Origin: Stagnimonas sp.
GTDB lineage: Bacteria > Pseudomonadota > Gammaproteobacteria > Nevskiales > Nevskiaceae
Assembly (NCBI GenBank): GCA_046598075.1
Contig: JBKJJE010000186.1
Span: 3,402 to 67,401 of the forward strand
Length of the DNA stretch: 64,000 bases
Reading direction: 5' to 3'
Part shown: positions 1-9,644 of the stretch, one piece after another
Layout: each line of letters starts with the position of its first letter
Numbering within the stretch: the first letter of the stretch is position 1
Notes under the pieces: model-generated
The model's input: only the letters and a program-made list of their open reading frames with translations
The model's database searches: none
What the model was told of the DNA's origin: nothing
Translations under genes and position numbers: made by a program

Positions 1-1999
1 CGATCACCGCATCCATCGCCACCCGCATGTTGTCGACCGCGTTGAGCGAGTCGAAGACGCGGAAGATGTCGACGCCTTCCTGCGCCGCCTGCTGGACGAA
101 ATAGCGCACCACGTTGTCGGCATAGTTGGTGTAGCCCACCGCATTGGCCGAGCGCAGCAGCATCTGGAAAGGGATGTTGGGTACCGCCGCACGCAGGGCG
201 CGCAGACGCTGCCAGGGGTCTTCCTTCAGAAACCGCAGGGCGACGTCGAAGGTGGCTCCGCCCCAGCATTCCAGTGACAGCAGGCCCGGCAGCAGGCGCG
301 CGTAATGCGGTGCGATGGGCAGCATGTCGGCAGTGCGCATGCGCGTCGCAAACAGCGACTGGTGCGCGTCGCGCATCGTGGTGTCGGTGAGCAGCACCTG
401 CGGCTGCGCCTTGATCCAGTCCGCAAAACCTTTCGCACCAGTTTTTCTGAGCAGGTCGCGTAGACCGCTCGGCACCGGGGCGGCGAGATCGGTGCAGGGC
501 CGCAGCGGCAAGGGCAGGGCGGCGGCGGGCCTGGCTCTGCCCTTCATGTCCGGATTGCCGTTGACCACCACCTCGCCGATGAAGCTCAACAGCTTGCTGG
601 CACGGTCGAGCCTTGCGGTGAAGCGGAACAGCTCCGGCGTGGTGTCGATGAAGCGGGTGGTTGCCTCGCCGCTGGCGAACAGCGGATGGGCGATGACGTT
701 TTCGAGGAATTGCAAATTGGTCGACACCCCGCGGATGCGGAACTCGCGCAGGGCGCGGTCCATGCGGCGGATGGCGACATCGGCCGTCGGCGCCCAGGCG
801 GTGACCTTCACCAGCAGCGAGTCGTAGTGCGGCGTCACCACCGCGTTGGCGTACACCGTGCCGCCGTCGAGGCGGATGCCGAAACCTGCCGGGCTGCGGT
901 AGGCAGTGACGCGGCCATGATCCGGCGTGAAACCATTCTCCGGGTCCTCGGTGGTCACCCGGCATTGCAGGGCGTGGCCGGAGAGCCTCAGCTCCTGCTG
1001 CTGCGGCAGGCCCGGATCGCCGATGCGCGCACCCTCGCTGACCCGGATCTGTGCGGCGACGAGGTCAACGCCGGTCACCATCTCGGTGACCGTGTGCTCG
1101 ACCTGAATGCGCGGATTGACCTCGATGAAGTAGAAGTTACCGGTATCGGCATCCATCAGGAACTCGACGGTGCCCGCGTGCGAGTAGCCCACGCTATTGC
1201 AGAGCCGCAGGGCCGCCGCACACAGCGACTCGCGCTGGGCCTGATCGAGATACGGCGCCGGTGCGCGTTCCACCACTTTCTGGTTGCGGCGCTGCACCGT
1301 GCAGTCGCGCTCGAACAGATGCACCAGATTGCCGTGACTGTCGCCCAGCACCTGTACCTCGACATGGCGCGCCCGCCGTACCAGCTTTTCGACGTACACC
1401 GCATCGTTGCCGAAGGCGGCAAGGGCTTCGCGACGGGCGGATTCCATCTGCGGCGCCAGCTCGGCCTCGGTCTCGATCACCCGCATGCCGCGGCCGCCGC
1501 CTCCCCAGCTGGCTTTCATCATCACCGGGTAGCCGACCCCGGCCACCAGGGGCTTGCAGGCCTCCAGTTCGCGCGGCAGTTCGCCGGTGGCGGGCAGCGT
1601 CGGCACCTTTGCCGCATCGGCCGCGGCGCGGGCGGCCACCTTGTCGCCGAGCGTACGCAACACTTTTGGGCTGGGCCCCACGAAGCGGATTCCGGCAGCG
1701 GCGCAGGCGTCGGCAAAATCGGGGTTTTCCGACAGGAAGCCGTAGCCGGGGTGGATCGCGTCCACCCCGGCGGCCCTCGCCACCCGGATGATGTCGGGGA
1801 TGTCGAGGTAGGCCGCGATGGGCTTCTTGCCCGCGCCGACCAGATAGCTCTCGTCGGCCTTGAAGCGGTGCAGCGCAAAGCGGTCTTCGTGCGCATAGAT
1901 CGCGACGGTGCGAATGCCCATCTCGGCGCAGGCGCGCATCACGCGGATGCTGATCTCGCCGCGGTTGGCGACCAGGAGTTTGTGGATGGCTAGGGTCAC
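1..1999 (-). CDS. pyc: Pyruvate carboxylase, N-terminal part (runs off the window start)
   Basis: My minus-strand translation from GTG at 1999 gives MTLAIHKLLVANRGEISIRVMRAC...HPGYGFLSENPDFA...GGGGRGMRV...FIEVNPRIQVEHTVTE (biotin carboxylase). It continues into a carboxyltransferase domain (LTDTTMRDAHQSLFATRMRT, SLECWGGATFDVALRFLKEDPW). The ORF track shows only antisense shadows here. Confidence 0.95.
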   Translation of the reverse strand, partial: MTLAIHKLLVANRGEISIRVMRACAEMGIRTVAIYAHEDRFALHRFKADESYLVGAGKKPIAAYLDIPDIIRVARAAGVDAIHPGYGFLSENPDFADACAAAGIRFVGPSPKVLRTLGDKVAARAAADAAKVPTLPATGELPRELEACKPLVAGVGYPVMMKASWGGGGRGMRVIETEAELAPQMESARREALAAFGNDAVYVEKLVRRARHVEVQVLGDSHGNLVHLFERDCTVQRRNQKVVERAPAPYLDQAQRESLCAAALRLCNSVGYSHAGTVEFLMDADTGNFYFIEVNPRIQVEHTVTEMVTGVDLVAAQIRVSEGARIGDPGLPQQQELRLSGHALQCRVTTEDPENGFTPDHGRVTAYRSPAGFGIRLDGGTVYANAVVTPHYDSLLVKVTAWAPTADVAIRRMDRALREFRIRGVSTNLQFLENVIAHPLFASGEATTRFIDTTPELFRFTARLDRASKLLSFIGEVVVNGNPDMKGRARPAAALPLPLRPCTDLAAPVPSGLRDLLRKTGAKGFADWIKAQPQVLLTDTTMRDAHQSLFATRMRTADMLPIAPHYARLLPGLLSLECWGGATFDVALRFLKEDPWQRLRALRAAVPNIPFQMLLRSANAVGYTNYADNVVRYFVQQAAQEGVDIFRVFDSLNAVDNMRVAMDAVI

Positions 2000-2091
2000 G
2001 GCAGCGGACTCGACGTGGGGTATGGGCTGACTGGGCGCAGCATGTCGCGCGCCGCCGCGATGAATATCGCGGGTTTGCGCAGGCTCGGCAA

Positions 2092-2361
2092 TCAACCCGC
2101 AGCGGTCAGTCGTTCCAGCGCCGACAGATAGCGCAGCGCCACCTGCCGCGACTCGCCGCACATCTCGATGCCGGGTTTGAAGCTGGCACACACGGCCGGG
2201 CGCCGGGGATCGCCGAAGATCGCGCAGCTGAAATCCGCCCTCAGCTGCACGCAGCGCACCCCCGCCGGCTTGCCCAGAGGCATGCCGGGGATCGGCGAGG
2301 AAATCGACGGTGCGATGCAGCAGGCACCGCAGGCGGTGCGGCAGGCCATGGGCTTGGTCAT
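2092..2361 (-). CDS. YkgJ-family cysteine-cluster (Zn/Fe-chelating) protein
   Basis: [34 protein letters not shown]...[13 protein letters not shown] pattern. The start is probably ATG 2361 or 2349 rather than 2523. Confidence 0.85.
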   Translation of the reverse strand: MTKPMACRTACGACCIAPSISSPIPGMPLGKPAGVRCVQLRADFSCAIFGDPRRPAVCASFKPGIEMCGESRQVALRYLSALERLTAAG

Positions 2362-2571
2362 GGTGCAGCCTGACAGCAAATGCCGGGTGAGGGGATGCCA
2401 CTGGCCCAGCCAGCGGCCGGCTCGGCCATCGCGCGCGGCGGTCCTGCGCAGCAGGCGACCGGCGGTGCGCTGCCGGTTTTCACGCCGCATCCGCCGCAGC
2501 CCGCGCTGCTGCAACTGATTCACGACGCTTAAGCAGTTGACTTCATGGTCGATTCGGGCAATAAATGACTA

Positions 2572-3228
2572 ATGAACCATTATTTAATTTCTGCCCAGAA
2601 CAGCACGCAGGCGCCGGTCGCGGCCGCGCCCGTCCGCCGCCAGCGCCGCAGTGCGGTGACTCGCCGGCGGCTGCTCGACGCGGCTGAAAAAGTGTTCGGC
2701 GACAGCGGCTTTCACGCTGCCGCGATCAGCCAGATCACCCACACGGCGGGCATGGCACAGGGCACGTTCTACGTGCACTTCACCAGCAAGGAAGAACTGT
2801 TCTCGCAGCTGGTCGCCGACATCAGCCGCAGCCTGCGCCACGAGATGACGCGCGCCGCCGCCAATGCGCCGGATCGCCTGGCTGCCGAACGCGCGGGGCT
2901 GGTGGCGTTCTTCGACTACACCCAGCGGCATCCTGGGCTGTACCGCATCGTGCAGGAAGCGCAGTTCGTCGATCCCCCCAGCTACCGCCGCTACTACCAG
3001 CGTCTCGCCGATGGCTATGCACGGGCGCTGGCACGCGCTGCCGATGCCGGCGAAATCGCGCCCGGCAATGCTGCGGCGAGGGCCTGGGCGCTGATGGGCA
3101 TCGGGCATTTTCTGGGCCTGTACCACTGCCAGTGGCAGGGCACCGTGCCAGATGCCGCCGCGCTCGATGCCGCCATGGACCTGATCGCGCACGGCCTGAA
3201 AGGCGCACCGGCAAAGGCCGGCAGATGA
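2572..3228 (+). CDS. TetR/AcrR-family transcriptional regulator
   Basis: N-terminal HTH: TRRRLLDAAEKVFGDSGFHAAAISQITHTAGMAQGTFYVHFTSKEELF. The stop overlaps the next start (ATGA at 3225-3228). Confidence 0.92.
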   Translation: MNHYLISAQNSTQAPVAAAPVRRQRRSAVTRRRLLDAAEKVFGDSGFHAAAISQITHTAGMAQGTFYVHFTSKEELFSQLVADISRSLRHEMTRAAANAPDRLAAERAGLVAFFDYTQRHPGLYRIVQEAQFVDPPSYRRYYQRLADGYARALARAADAGEIAPGNAAARAWALMGIGHFLGLYHCQWQGTVPDAAALDAAMDLIAHGLKGAPAKAGR

Positions 3229-4217
3229 TCGTCAGCGGACTCGGCATCTACCTGCCCGGCGCGCGCCACGATGCTGCCCACATCGCAGCGGCCAGCGGCG
3301 TGCCACTGGCGGTGGTGCAGGACAAGCTTGGCATCCGCAGCAAGTCGGTGCCGGGGCCGGATGACCACAGCAATGTCATGGGCATCCATGCCGCGCGGGC
3401 GGCTCTGGCCGATGCCGGCGTGCAAGCCAGCGCCGTCGATGTGCTGATCGGCATCACCGAGGAGCACAAGGAGTTCCCGGTGTGGACGGCGGCGATCAAG
3501 ACTGCGCACGAGCTGGGGGCGGTGAATGCCTGGGCCTATGACTTGGGCCAGAAATGCGGCACCGCGATCCTGGCCCTGAAGCAGGCCAAGGACCTGATGC
3601 TGGCCGACCCGGCAGTGAACACCGTGCTGATCGCGGGCGGCTACCGCAATGGCGATCTGGTGGATTACCGGGACCCGGCGACCCGCTTTCTCAACAACCT
3701 TGCCGCTGGCGGCGGCGCGGCGGTGGTCACCCGCGGCGGCAGCGGTTTCCAGATTCTCGGCAGCGCGCTGTGCACCGACGGCAGCTTTTCGGAGGACGTG
3801 ATCGTGCCGGTCGGCGGCACCCGCGCGCCGCTGACGGCGGCGAATCTCGACCAGTTCCGCTTCCAGATCCCCGACCAGCCAGGGATGCGCGCGCGGCTGG
3901 AAGCCAAGAGCCTGGACAACTTCGTGGCGGTGATCGAAGCCGCCTGTGCGCGGTCGGGCTTCGCGCCCGGTGAGGCCGCCTATGTTGGCCTGCTGCACAT
4001 GAAGCGCAGCGCGCATCACCAGGTGCTCGAGCGCATCGGTGTGGCCGCATCACGCTCGATCTATCTGGAGGACTACGGCCATGTCGGGCAGATCGATCCG
4101 CTGCTGTCGCTCAAGCTGGCGCGTGATGCCGGACGGATCAAACCCGGCGACGGGGTGATTCTCTGCGCCGCCGGGATCGGCTATGTGTGGAACGCGCTGT
4201 GTCTGCGCTGCACATGA
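3225..4217 (+). CDS. 3-oxoacyl-ACP synthase III-like (thiolase-fold) condensing enzyme, Cys-His-His type
   Basis: MIVSGLGIYLPG start, catalytic Cys in GQKCGT, His in LLHMKRSAH, and YGHVGQIDP where FabH has YGN. ATGA overlaps at both ends. Confidence 0.85.
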   Translation: MIVSGLGIYLPGARHDAAHIAAASGVPLAVVQDKLGIRSKSVPGPDDHSNVMGIHAARAALADAGVQASAVDVLIGITEEHKEFPVWTAAIKTAHELGAVNAWAYDLGQKCGTAILALKQAKDLMLADPAVNTVLIAGGYRNGDLVDYRDPATRFLNNLAAGGGAAVVTRGGSGFQILGSALCTDGSFSEDVIVPVGGTRAPLTAANLDQFRFQIPDQPGMRARLEAKSLDNFVAVIEAACARSGFAPGEAAYVGLLHMKRSAHHQVLERIGVAASRSIYLEDYGHVGQIDPLLSLKLARDAGRIKPGDGVILCAAGIGYVWNALCLRCT

Positions 4218-5695
4218 GGCCGAGCCTCGACCTTGCGGCGCGCGGCGCCCGGCGCTGGCCGCTGCGCCCGGCACTGTGGGCCGCCGGCCGCTGGCTGAGC
4301 TATGGCGAACTCGATGAACGCGCCACCCGGCTCGCCGCGCGTTTGTACGCACTGGGGGTGCGGCATGGCGACCGCATCGGCATCCTCGGCCCCAACCAGC
4401 TCGCGCATTTCGACCTGCTGCTGGCCGCGCCCAGGCTCGGTTTCATCTACACGCCGTTCAATCACCGGCTGTCGGTGGCAGAAACCCGCGCGCTGTTCGA
4501 CTACGTGCGCCCCCGGCTGCTGCTGGTCGATGCCGCCCATGCCGCGCTCGCGCAGGGCTTCACCGGCGAACAGCTGCCACTGCAAGACCATGAAAGCTGG
4601 CTGGCAGCCGCAGACCCCGGCGCCGCACCCCGTGCGGCGACCACGCTCGATGACGCCCATATGCTGCTGTTCACCGGCGGCAGCACCGGCACCCCGAAAG
4701 GCGCACTCATCCCGTACCGGCAGACGCTCGCCAACGCGCGCGCCACCGTGCGGGGCTGGCGGCTGACCGCCAAGGACTGCGCGATTCAGGCCACACCCTG
4801 TTTCCACGCGGCGCTCAATGTGTTTTCCACGCCGCTGCTGGCGATCGGCGGGCGGCTGGTGCTGATGCCGGCGTTCGAGCCAGGTGAGTACCTGCGCCTG
4901 ATGCAGGCCACCGCAGCCACCCGCCTGTTCATGGTGCCGACCATGTTCCGCATGCTGGCCGAGCACCCCGACTTCGCAAGCGCCGATTTCAGCCGCGTGC
5001 GCAGCGCGATCTCCGGCGGCGCGCCTTGCCCGCCGGCCCTGCGGGCGCTGTTCGCCGCTCGCGGCATCGCCTTCCGCCAGGGGTTTGGCATGACCGAAGC
5101 GGGAGTGAACTGCTTCACCATCTCCGACGCCGAAGCCGCTGCCCATCCGCTCGCCGTCGGGCGTGCGCTGCCGGGCTTGCAGGCGGTGGTGCGGCAGCCC
5201 GACGGCAGCCCCTGCGCGGTGGACGAAGTGGGCGAACTCACCCTCAAGGGGCCACAGCTTTGCAGCGGCTATTTCGAGCGCGAGGCCGAATGGGCGCAAT
5301 GCTGCCGCGACGGCTGGCTGTGGACGGGCGACCTGGCGCGGGTGGATGCGAGCGGTCTCACCTTCATCACCGGCCGCCGCAAGGAGATGTTCATCAGCGG
5401 CGGCGAGAACGTCTATCCGGCGGAGATCGAGGCGACGCTCGCCGCACATCCCGCGGTCATCGAATGCGCCGTGCTGGGTGTGCCGCACGCCACCTGGGGT
5501 GAGGTGGGGCTGGCGGCGATTGCACTGCGCGAAGGCGCTGTGCTTGATGCGCCGGCGCTCGATTCCTGGCTCAAGCCGCAGCTCGCCGGCTACAAGCGCC
5601 CGCGCGAGTTCCTGTTCATGCACAGCCTGCCGAAGACGGCCGCCGGCAAGTTCAACAAACCCGAAATACGCCGCCTGCACGCAGTGCGGCAATAA
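4214..5695 (+). CDS. Acyl-CoA synthetase / AMP-binding ligase (FadD/MenE-like)
   Basis: AMP-binding motifs LFTGGSTGTPKG, GFGMTEAG, TGDLA, FISGGENVYPAEIE, and the C-terminal PKTAAGK. Confidence 0.92.
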   Translation: MRPSLDLAARGARRWPLRPALWAAGRWLSYGELDERATRLAARLYALGVRHGDRIGILGPNQLAHFDLLLAAPRLGFIYTPFNHRLSVAETRALFDYVRPRLLLVDAAHAALAQGFTGEQLPLQDHESWLAAADPGAAPRAATTLDDAHMLLFTGGSTGTPKGALIPYRQTLANARATVRGWRLTAKDCAIQATPCFHAALNVFSTPLLAIGGRLVLMPAFEPGEYLRLMQATAATRLFMVPTMFRMLAEHPDFASADFSRVRSAISGGAPCPPALRALFAARGIAFRQGFGMTEAGVNCFTISDAEAAAHPLAVGRALPGLQAVVRQPDGSPCAVDEVGELTLKGPQLCSGYFEREAEWAQCCRDGWLWTGDLARVDASGLTFITGRRKEMFISGGENVYPAEIEATLAAHPAVIECAVLGVPHATWGEVGLAAIALREGAVLDAPALDSWLKPQLAGYKRPREFLFMHSLPKTAAGKFNKPEIRRLHAVRQ

Positions 5696-5726
5696 CAGCA
5701 GCAAATTGACTAGCGGAGGAGACCGC

Positions 5727-6947
5727 ATGAGACGAACCAGTATTTCCCTGAGCCTGCTGGCGCTGCTCGCAAGCCCGGGGTGGGCGGGTGATGTGCTGCC
5801 GCAGCTGGGCCGCTACCTGCCGCTGTATCCCGCCTTCTACACCCAGATCACGGCCAGCAATGACGCCCGCGACAAGGTGTTCGATGCCAGCGGCAACGAG
5901 CAGTCGACGGCACAGCCGAGCCTGAGCGGCGATACCCGTTTTCCGGAGCAGCGCGCGGAGGCAAGCCTGATCTGGACCTTTCCGCTGTTCGAGGCCGCTC
6001 AAGTACCGTTTTTCGCCAGCCGCCTGCACACCGCGCGCATTCACCTGGGTTATGCACAGACCAAAACCAGGGGTGCTCTTGCCGATTTTGCCCTCGACAG
6101 CAGCGACGACAGCCGCACCCAGGCCGACTCCCTGAGCACCAAGAGCAGCGGCGTCACCGACCTGACGCTGGAGTTCGGCAGCTGGCTGCTGGGCAGCGGC
6201 AACTGGCGCGAGCGCAGCGAAACCCCGTACGCACTGCTGCTGCTCAATGGCGTCACGCTGCCCACCGGCGTCTACAACCGCGATGCGCCCGCCAACCCCG
6301 GCAGCAACACGCTCGCCGCCTACTCGCAGCTGGGCTTCTACGCACGGCCCTGGCCGGGTTCGCATCTGGACGCAGGCGCAGGCTACCGCATCTATCTGAA
6401 GAATCAGGACGCCGCGTTTGGCCTGCTCGCACCCACCAATCAGGGCAACGATTTCTACTGGGATGTGAGTCTCGCGCAGCGCGTCGCATCGGGCATCTAC
6501 GTCGGTGCTTTCGCCGATGGCCGGATAGGTGAGAAGAACGCCTACGAGAACCCACGCTTCGCTCCCAACGCAACGCCGCCACCCACCACTACGCCGCCGT
6601 CGGACAACTATCCACGGCCCGGCGTCTACTACGACGGCGGCACCAAGTTGACCCGTGTCGGAGCCTCGGCTTATGGCTTCATCGGCCAACGCTGGCTGCT
6701 GGGCCTGCACTACGCGATGCCCATCAGTGGCGAGAGCGGCGAGTTCGACCTGCCTTACAACAACCGCCAGCCCGCAGGCTGCACGGTGGCTGCGACGGGC
6801 TGCTCGGTGACTGACGGCGGCACGGTGCAGAACGTCGATGGCCAGGGGCCGGCGCGGGTATTTGCCTCCTCGCAGCTCACGCTCTCGCTGCAATTCAATT
6901 TCGGCCAGGGGGACAGCTACACCTGCGTTGGCTGTAAACAGCCATGA
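5727..6947 (+). CDS. Secreted/outer-membrane protein, probable MetA-pathway/SphA-type beta-barrel transporter (copy A)
   Basis: RBS GGAGGAG before ATG 5727, signal peptide MRRTSISLSLLALLASPGWA, motif LPTGVYNRDAPANPGSN typical of this family, and alternating aromatic beta-strand patterns. Confidence 0.6.
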   Translation: MRRTSISLSLLALLASPGWAGDVLPQLGRYLPLYPAFYTQITASNDARDKVFDASGNEQSTAQPSLSGDTRFPEQRAEASLIWTFPLFEAAQVPFFASRLHTARIHLGYAQTKTRGALADFALDSSDDSRTQADSLSTKSSGVTDLTLEFGSWLLGSGNWRERSETPYALLLLNGVTLPTGVYNRDAPANPGSNTLAAYSQLGFYARPWPGSHLDAGAGYRIYLKNQDAAFGLLAPTNQGNDFYWDVSLAQRVASGIYVGAFADGRIGEKNAYENPRFAPNATPPPTTTPPSDNYPRPGVYYDGGTKLTRVGASAYGFIGQRWLLGLHYAMPISGESGEFDLPYNNRQPAGCTVAATGCSVTDGGTVQNVDGQGPARVFASSQLTLSLQFNFGQGDSYTCVGCKQP

Positions 6948-8209
6948 TGATCCTCAAGCTGCAAGCCGCCATGAGAACACTGCTCGCGACGCTGCTGCTC
7001 GCCATCGCGTGCAGCGCAAACGCGGGCATCGTCTTCACGCCGCATGTGAGCGAATACGGCATCCTGCCCGCCGGCATGTATGCCGAGTACACCCTGATCG
7101 GCACCGAGATCGAGGCGATCTACGACCGCGATGGCAAAAAGGTGAAACTCGGCCGGCCGTTCGTGCCCGCAGGCGATTCCACCGATGCGGCGATTGGACT
7201 GTTCAAGGCCTTGTGGATCGGCAACGTCTTTCGTGACAGCGACATCCCCTACCTCAACAACCATTCGCAGTTCTGCCGTGCCATCGGCACGGTCGGCTAC
7301 CAGCAGAACACCGGTGCGATCGCCAACCGCGTGCGGCTGTTCAACCAGCGGCCCGGCAGCAATGGCTTCGGCGACCTGTTCGGCCTCTGCGGCATCTATG
7401 GCAGCGAGCACCGCCTGGGGCCGATCAAGGTCAATGGCCTGTTCGCCACCACGGTCAAGTTTCCCATCGGCCGCTACGACACCCGCGCCGCACTCAACAC
7501 CGGCACCAACTACTGGAGCGTGATCCCGCAACTGGCATTCCATGCCGAGGTATTTGGCCGCGTCTACATCGACGGCACCTTCGCCTGGCAGTTCAACGGC
7601 GACAACGACAAGCCCTCGTTTGGCGGACTCACCCCCACCCGCATCGCCGACGTCCGCAATGCCGAGGTCAACCTCGCCTGGAAGTTCACCGAGCACTGGT
7701 TCGCCGATATCGGCTATTCGCATCGGCAGTCGGTCGGGCCCAATAAATACGACAAGGTGACGATCAACTTCGAGGATCAGCCGCTGTCGCCTCAGAGTGC
7801 CTGCGACAACACCAACAACGGCATCAGCAATACCGGCAACCTGCTGGGCGTGGCGCTGGGCCCGACGGTGTCGCAGCAGCTCTGCGACAACGCGCTGACC
7901 GACCAGTTCTATCTCAATCCGCGCGCCGGCCCCTACCAGGACAGGGGCGTCAGCGGCACCTTGCTGACCACTGGCATCAGCTACGTCTACCGCGCCTCGA
8001 CGGTAGTGCAGGCGCGCGTCGCCCAGCCCATCGCCGGTCGCGGCAGCCAGATCGATGTGGTGTTCGATGTCTGCGCCACCCAGCCTTGCAGCCAGGCCAA
8101 TGCAACCTCGCAGGTCACTTCGCGGCTGTTCGGCGTGCAGGAGGCGGCGGCGGTTTCCGCCTCGCCGTATTTCGAGCTGCGGCTGGTTCACCTGTTCTGG
8201 GCGCCATGA
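6944..8209 (+). CDS. Secreted/outer-membrane protein, probable MetA-pathway/SphA-type beta-barrel transporter (copy B)
   Basis: Signal peptide MRTLLATLLLAIACSANA (ATG 6971 is an alternative start), motif FPIGRYDTRAALNTGTNYWS, and aromatic C-terminus LVHLFWAP. Confidence 0.65.
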   Translation: MMILKLQAAMRTLLATLLLAIACSANAGIVFTPHVSEYGILPAGMYAEYTLIGTEIEAIYDRDGKKVKLGRPFVPAGDSTDAAIGLFKALWIGNVFRDSDIPYLNNHSQFCRAIGTVGYQQNTGAIANRVRLFNQRPGSNGFGDLFGLCGIYGSEHRLGPIKVNGLFATTVKFPIGRYDTRAALNTGTNYWSVIPQLAFHAEVFGRVYIDGTFAWQFNGDNDKPSFGGLTPTRIADVRNAEVNLAWKFTEHWFADIGYSHRQSVGPNKYDKVTINFEDQPLSPQSACDNTNNGISNTGNLLGVALGPTVSQQLCDNALTDQFYLNPRAGPYQDRGVSGTLLTTGISYVYRASTVVQARVAQPIAGRGSQIDVVFDVCATQPCSQANATSQVTSRLFGVQEAAAVSASPYFELRLVHLFWAP

Positions 8210-8210
8210 C

Positions 8211-9644
8211 ATGAGCAACGCACTCCGCCTCTGCACCGCACTCGGCATGGTCCTGCTGGCCGCCTGCGCGCCGCGCGAAATCCTGCTGCCTGCCATCGGT
8301 CTCAAGCCCTATGCCCTGCAAGACTTCCCGCCCGGGTTCACGGCGCCGATCTCCAGCGAAACCGGCCAGCCCATGCCCGGCTTCGGCGGCACCGGCGCGC
8401 TAACCCACACGCCGGTGATCTTCATCCACGGCAACACCGTCTCGGCCCGCTACTGGCTGCCGGCGCGTCGCTATTTCAAGCAGAAAGGCTTTGCCGATGC
8501 GGGACTCTGGTCGCTCGGCTACGGCTGGGACAACGTCCGCTACTTCGACTCCGCCGATCTCTCGGTCGCCAGCGTCGAACGCATGGTGACCAGTGTGATG
8601 AAGTTCGTCGCCAAGCAAACCGGCAAGCCGGTCGACCAGGTGGACATCATCAGCCACTCGCTGGGGGTGACGCTGGCGCGGCAGTGGATGAAGCAGACCA
8701 ACAGCTGGCACAAGGTGCGCAACTTCATCGGCGTCTGCGGCGCCAACGACGGGGTGTGGACGGCCGACCTCTATTCGCGCGGCCAGAATCGCGGTGTTGC
8801 TTTCGAACTGGCCCCCGGCAGCCCCTGGCTGAAGCAGTTGAGTGAGGGCGGCGAGACTCCCGGCCCCACCCGCTACATGACGCTCTACGACGGCACCGGC
8901 CGCGGTGACGTGCTTTTCCCGAAGCCGTACGAGAACTCCTCGGCGCTGGAGGGTGCGACCAACCTCGCCTTCAACGTCACGCACGGCACTTATATGGATC
9001 ACCTCGAACTGCCGCGCACGCCGGAGACCATGGACGCCATGATCGACTGGCTGCGCCAAGCGCCGGAGCCCTCGCGCAGCGCCAGCCCGCCGGCGCTGCT
9101 GCGCAAGGGCGATCTGGTGCAGGCCGACCAGCCGGCAGCGCAGGTGCATTGCGCGACAGGCGGGCGTTACCCGGATGCGCGCACGGCGGGCGTGGCGGCC
9201 TGGCCACTCGCCGCCGATGTACTCACCACCTGTTATGCGCGCCATCCGCAGAGTGGCCTCGCCAGCCCGATGGCGCGTTACCGGCGCGGCAGCGGGCCGC
9301 TGGCAGCGGGACGTCTGACGGTCGGCGCCGACAAGATGGCGAAGTCCTATCAGAACCCGATCGCGGTGACGCTGACCGCCAGCGAGCCAGAGGCTTTCAT
9401 CGTCTACACCACCAGCGGCACGAAGCCCAACAGCGGCTCGCCGCTCTACACCGCGCCGGTGGTGGTCACAGGTCCGCTGCGACTCACCGCCATCGCCATC
9501 GCACCCGATGGCCGCCAGAGCGCGCCGCTGATTCTCGACTACGACTTAAGCCTCGAACTGATCGAGGCGGAGCACACCCTGCAGCGCCAGTTCGACACCA
9601 GCGAACCAGCAGATTACCAAGGCAAACGGACGAAAGGCAGATGA
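8211..9644 (+). CDS. Lipoprotein alpha/beta-hydrolase (lipase class 2 / PhaZ7-like esterase) with a C-terminal chitobiase/Fn3-associated-like domain
   Basis: Lipobox VLLAAC, oxyanion motif TPVIFIHGN, nucleophile elbow VDIISHSLG, and C-terminal VTLTASEPEAFIVYTTSGTKPNSGSPLYTAPVVV...LTAIAI. Confidence 0.8.
   Translation: MSNALRLCTALGMVLLAACAPREILLPAIGLKPYALQDFPPGFTAPISSETGQPMPGFGGTGALTHTPVIFIHGNTVSARYWLPARRYFKQKGFADAGLWSLGYGWDNVRYFDSADLSVASVERMVTSVMKFVAKQTGKPVDQVDIISHSLGVTLARQWMKQTNSWHKVRNFIGVCGANDGVWTADLYSRGQNRGVAFELAPGSPWLKQLSEGGETPGPTRYMTLYDGTGRGDVLFPKPYENSSALEGATNLAFNVTHGTYMDHLELPRTPETMDAMIDWLRQAPEPSRSASPPALLRKGDLVQADQPAAQVHCATGGRYPDARTAGVAAWPLAADVLTTCYARHPQSGLASPMARYRRGSGPLAAGRLTVGADKMAKSYQNPIAVTLTASEPEAFIVYTTSGTKPNSGSPLYTAPVVVTGPLRLTAIAIAPDGRQSAPLILDYDLSLELIEAEHTLQRQFDTSEPADYQGKRTKGR

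Noticed and set aside
686-1993. 435-aa + strand ORF, and many similar long ORFs elsewhere (e.g. 13024-14742, 32187-34283, 45295-46887, 62697-63986)
   Set aside because: These are antisense or alternative-frame shadows of well-conserved genes in high-GC DNA and contain no recognisable motifs.
2537-2582. sigma70 promoter (TTGACT) and TetR operator (TAATG-AAC-CATTA) before the operon
   Set aside because: The -35 is good, but there is no properly spaced TAnnnT -10 and the palindrome arms are only 5 bp. It is plausible but under-supported.
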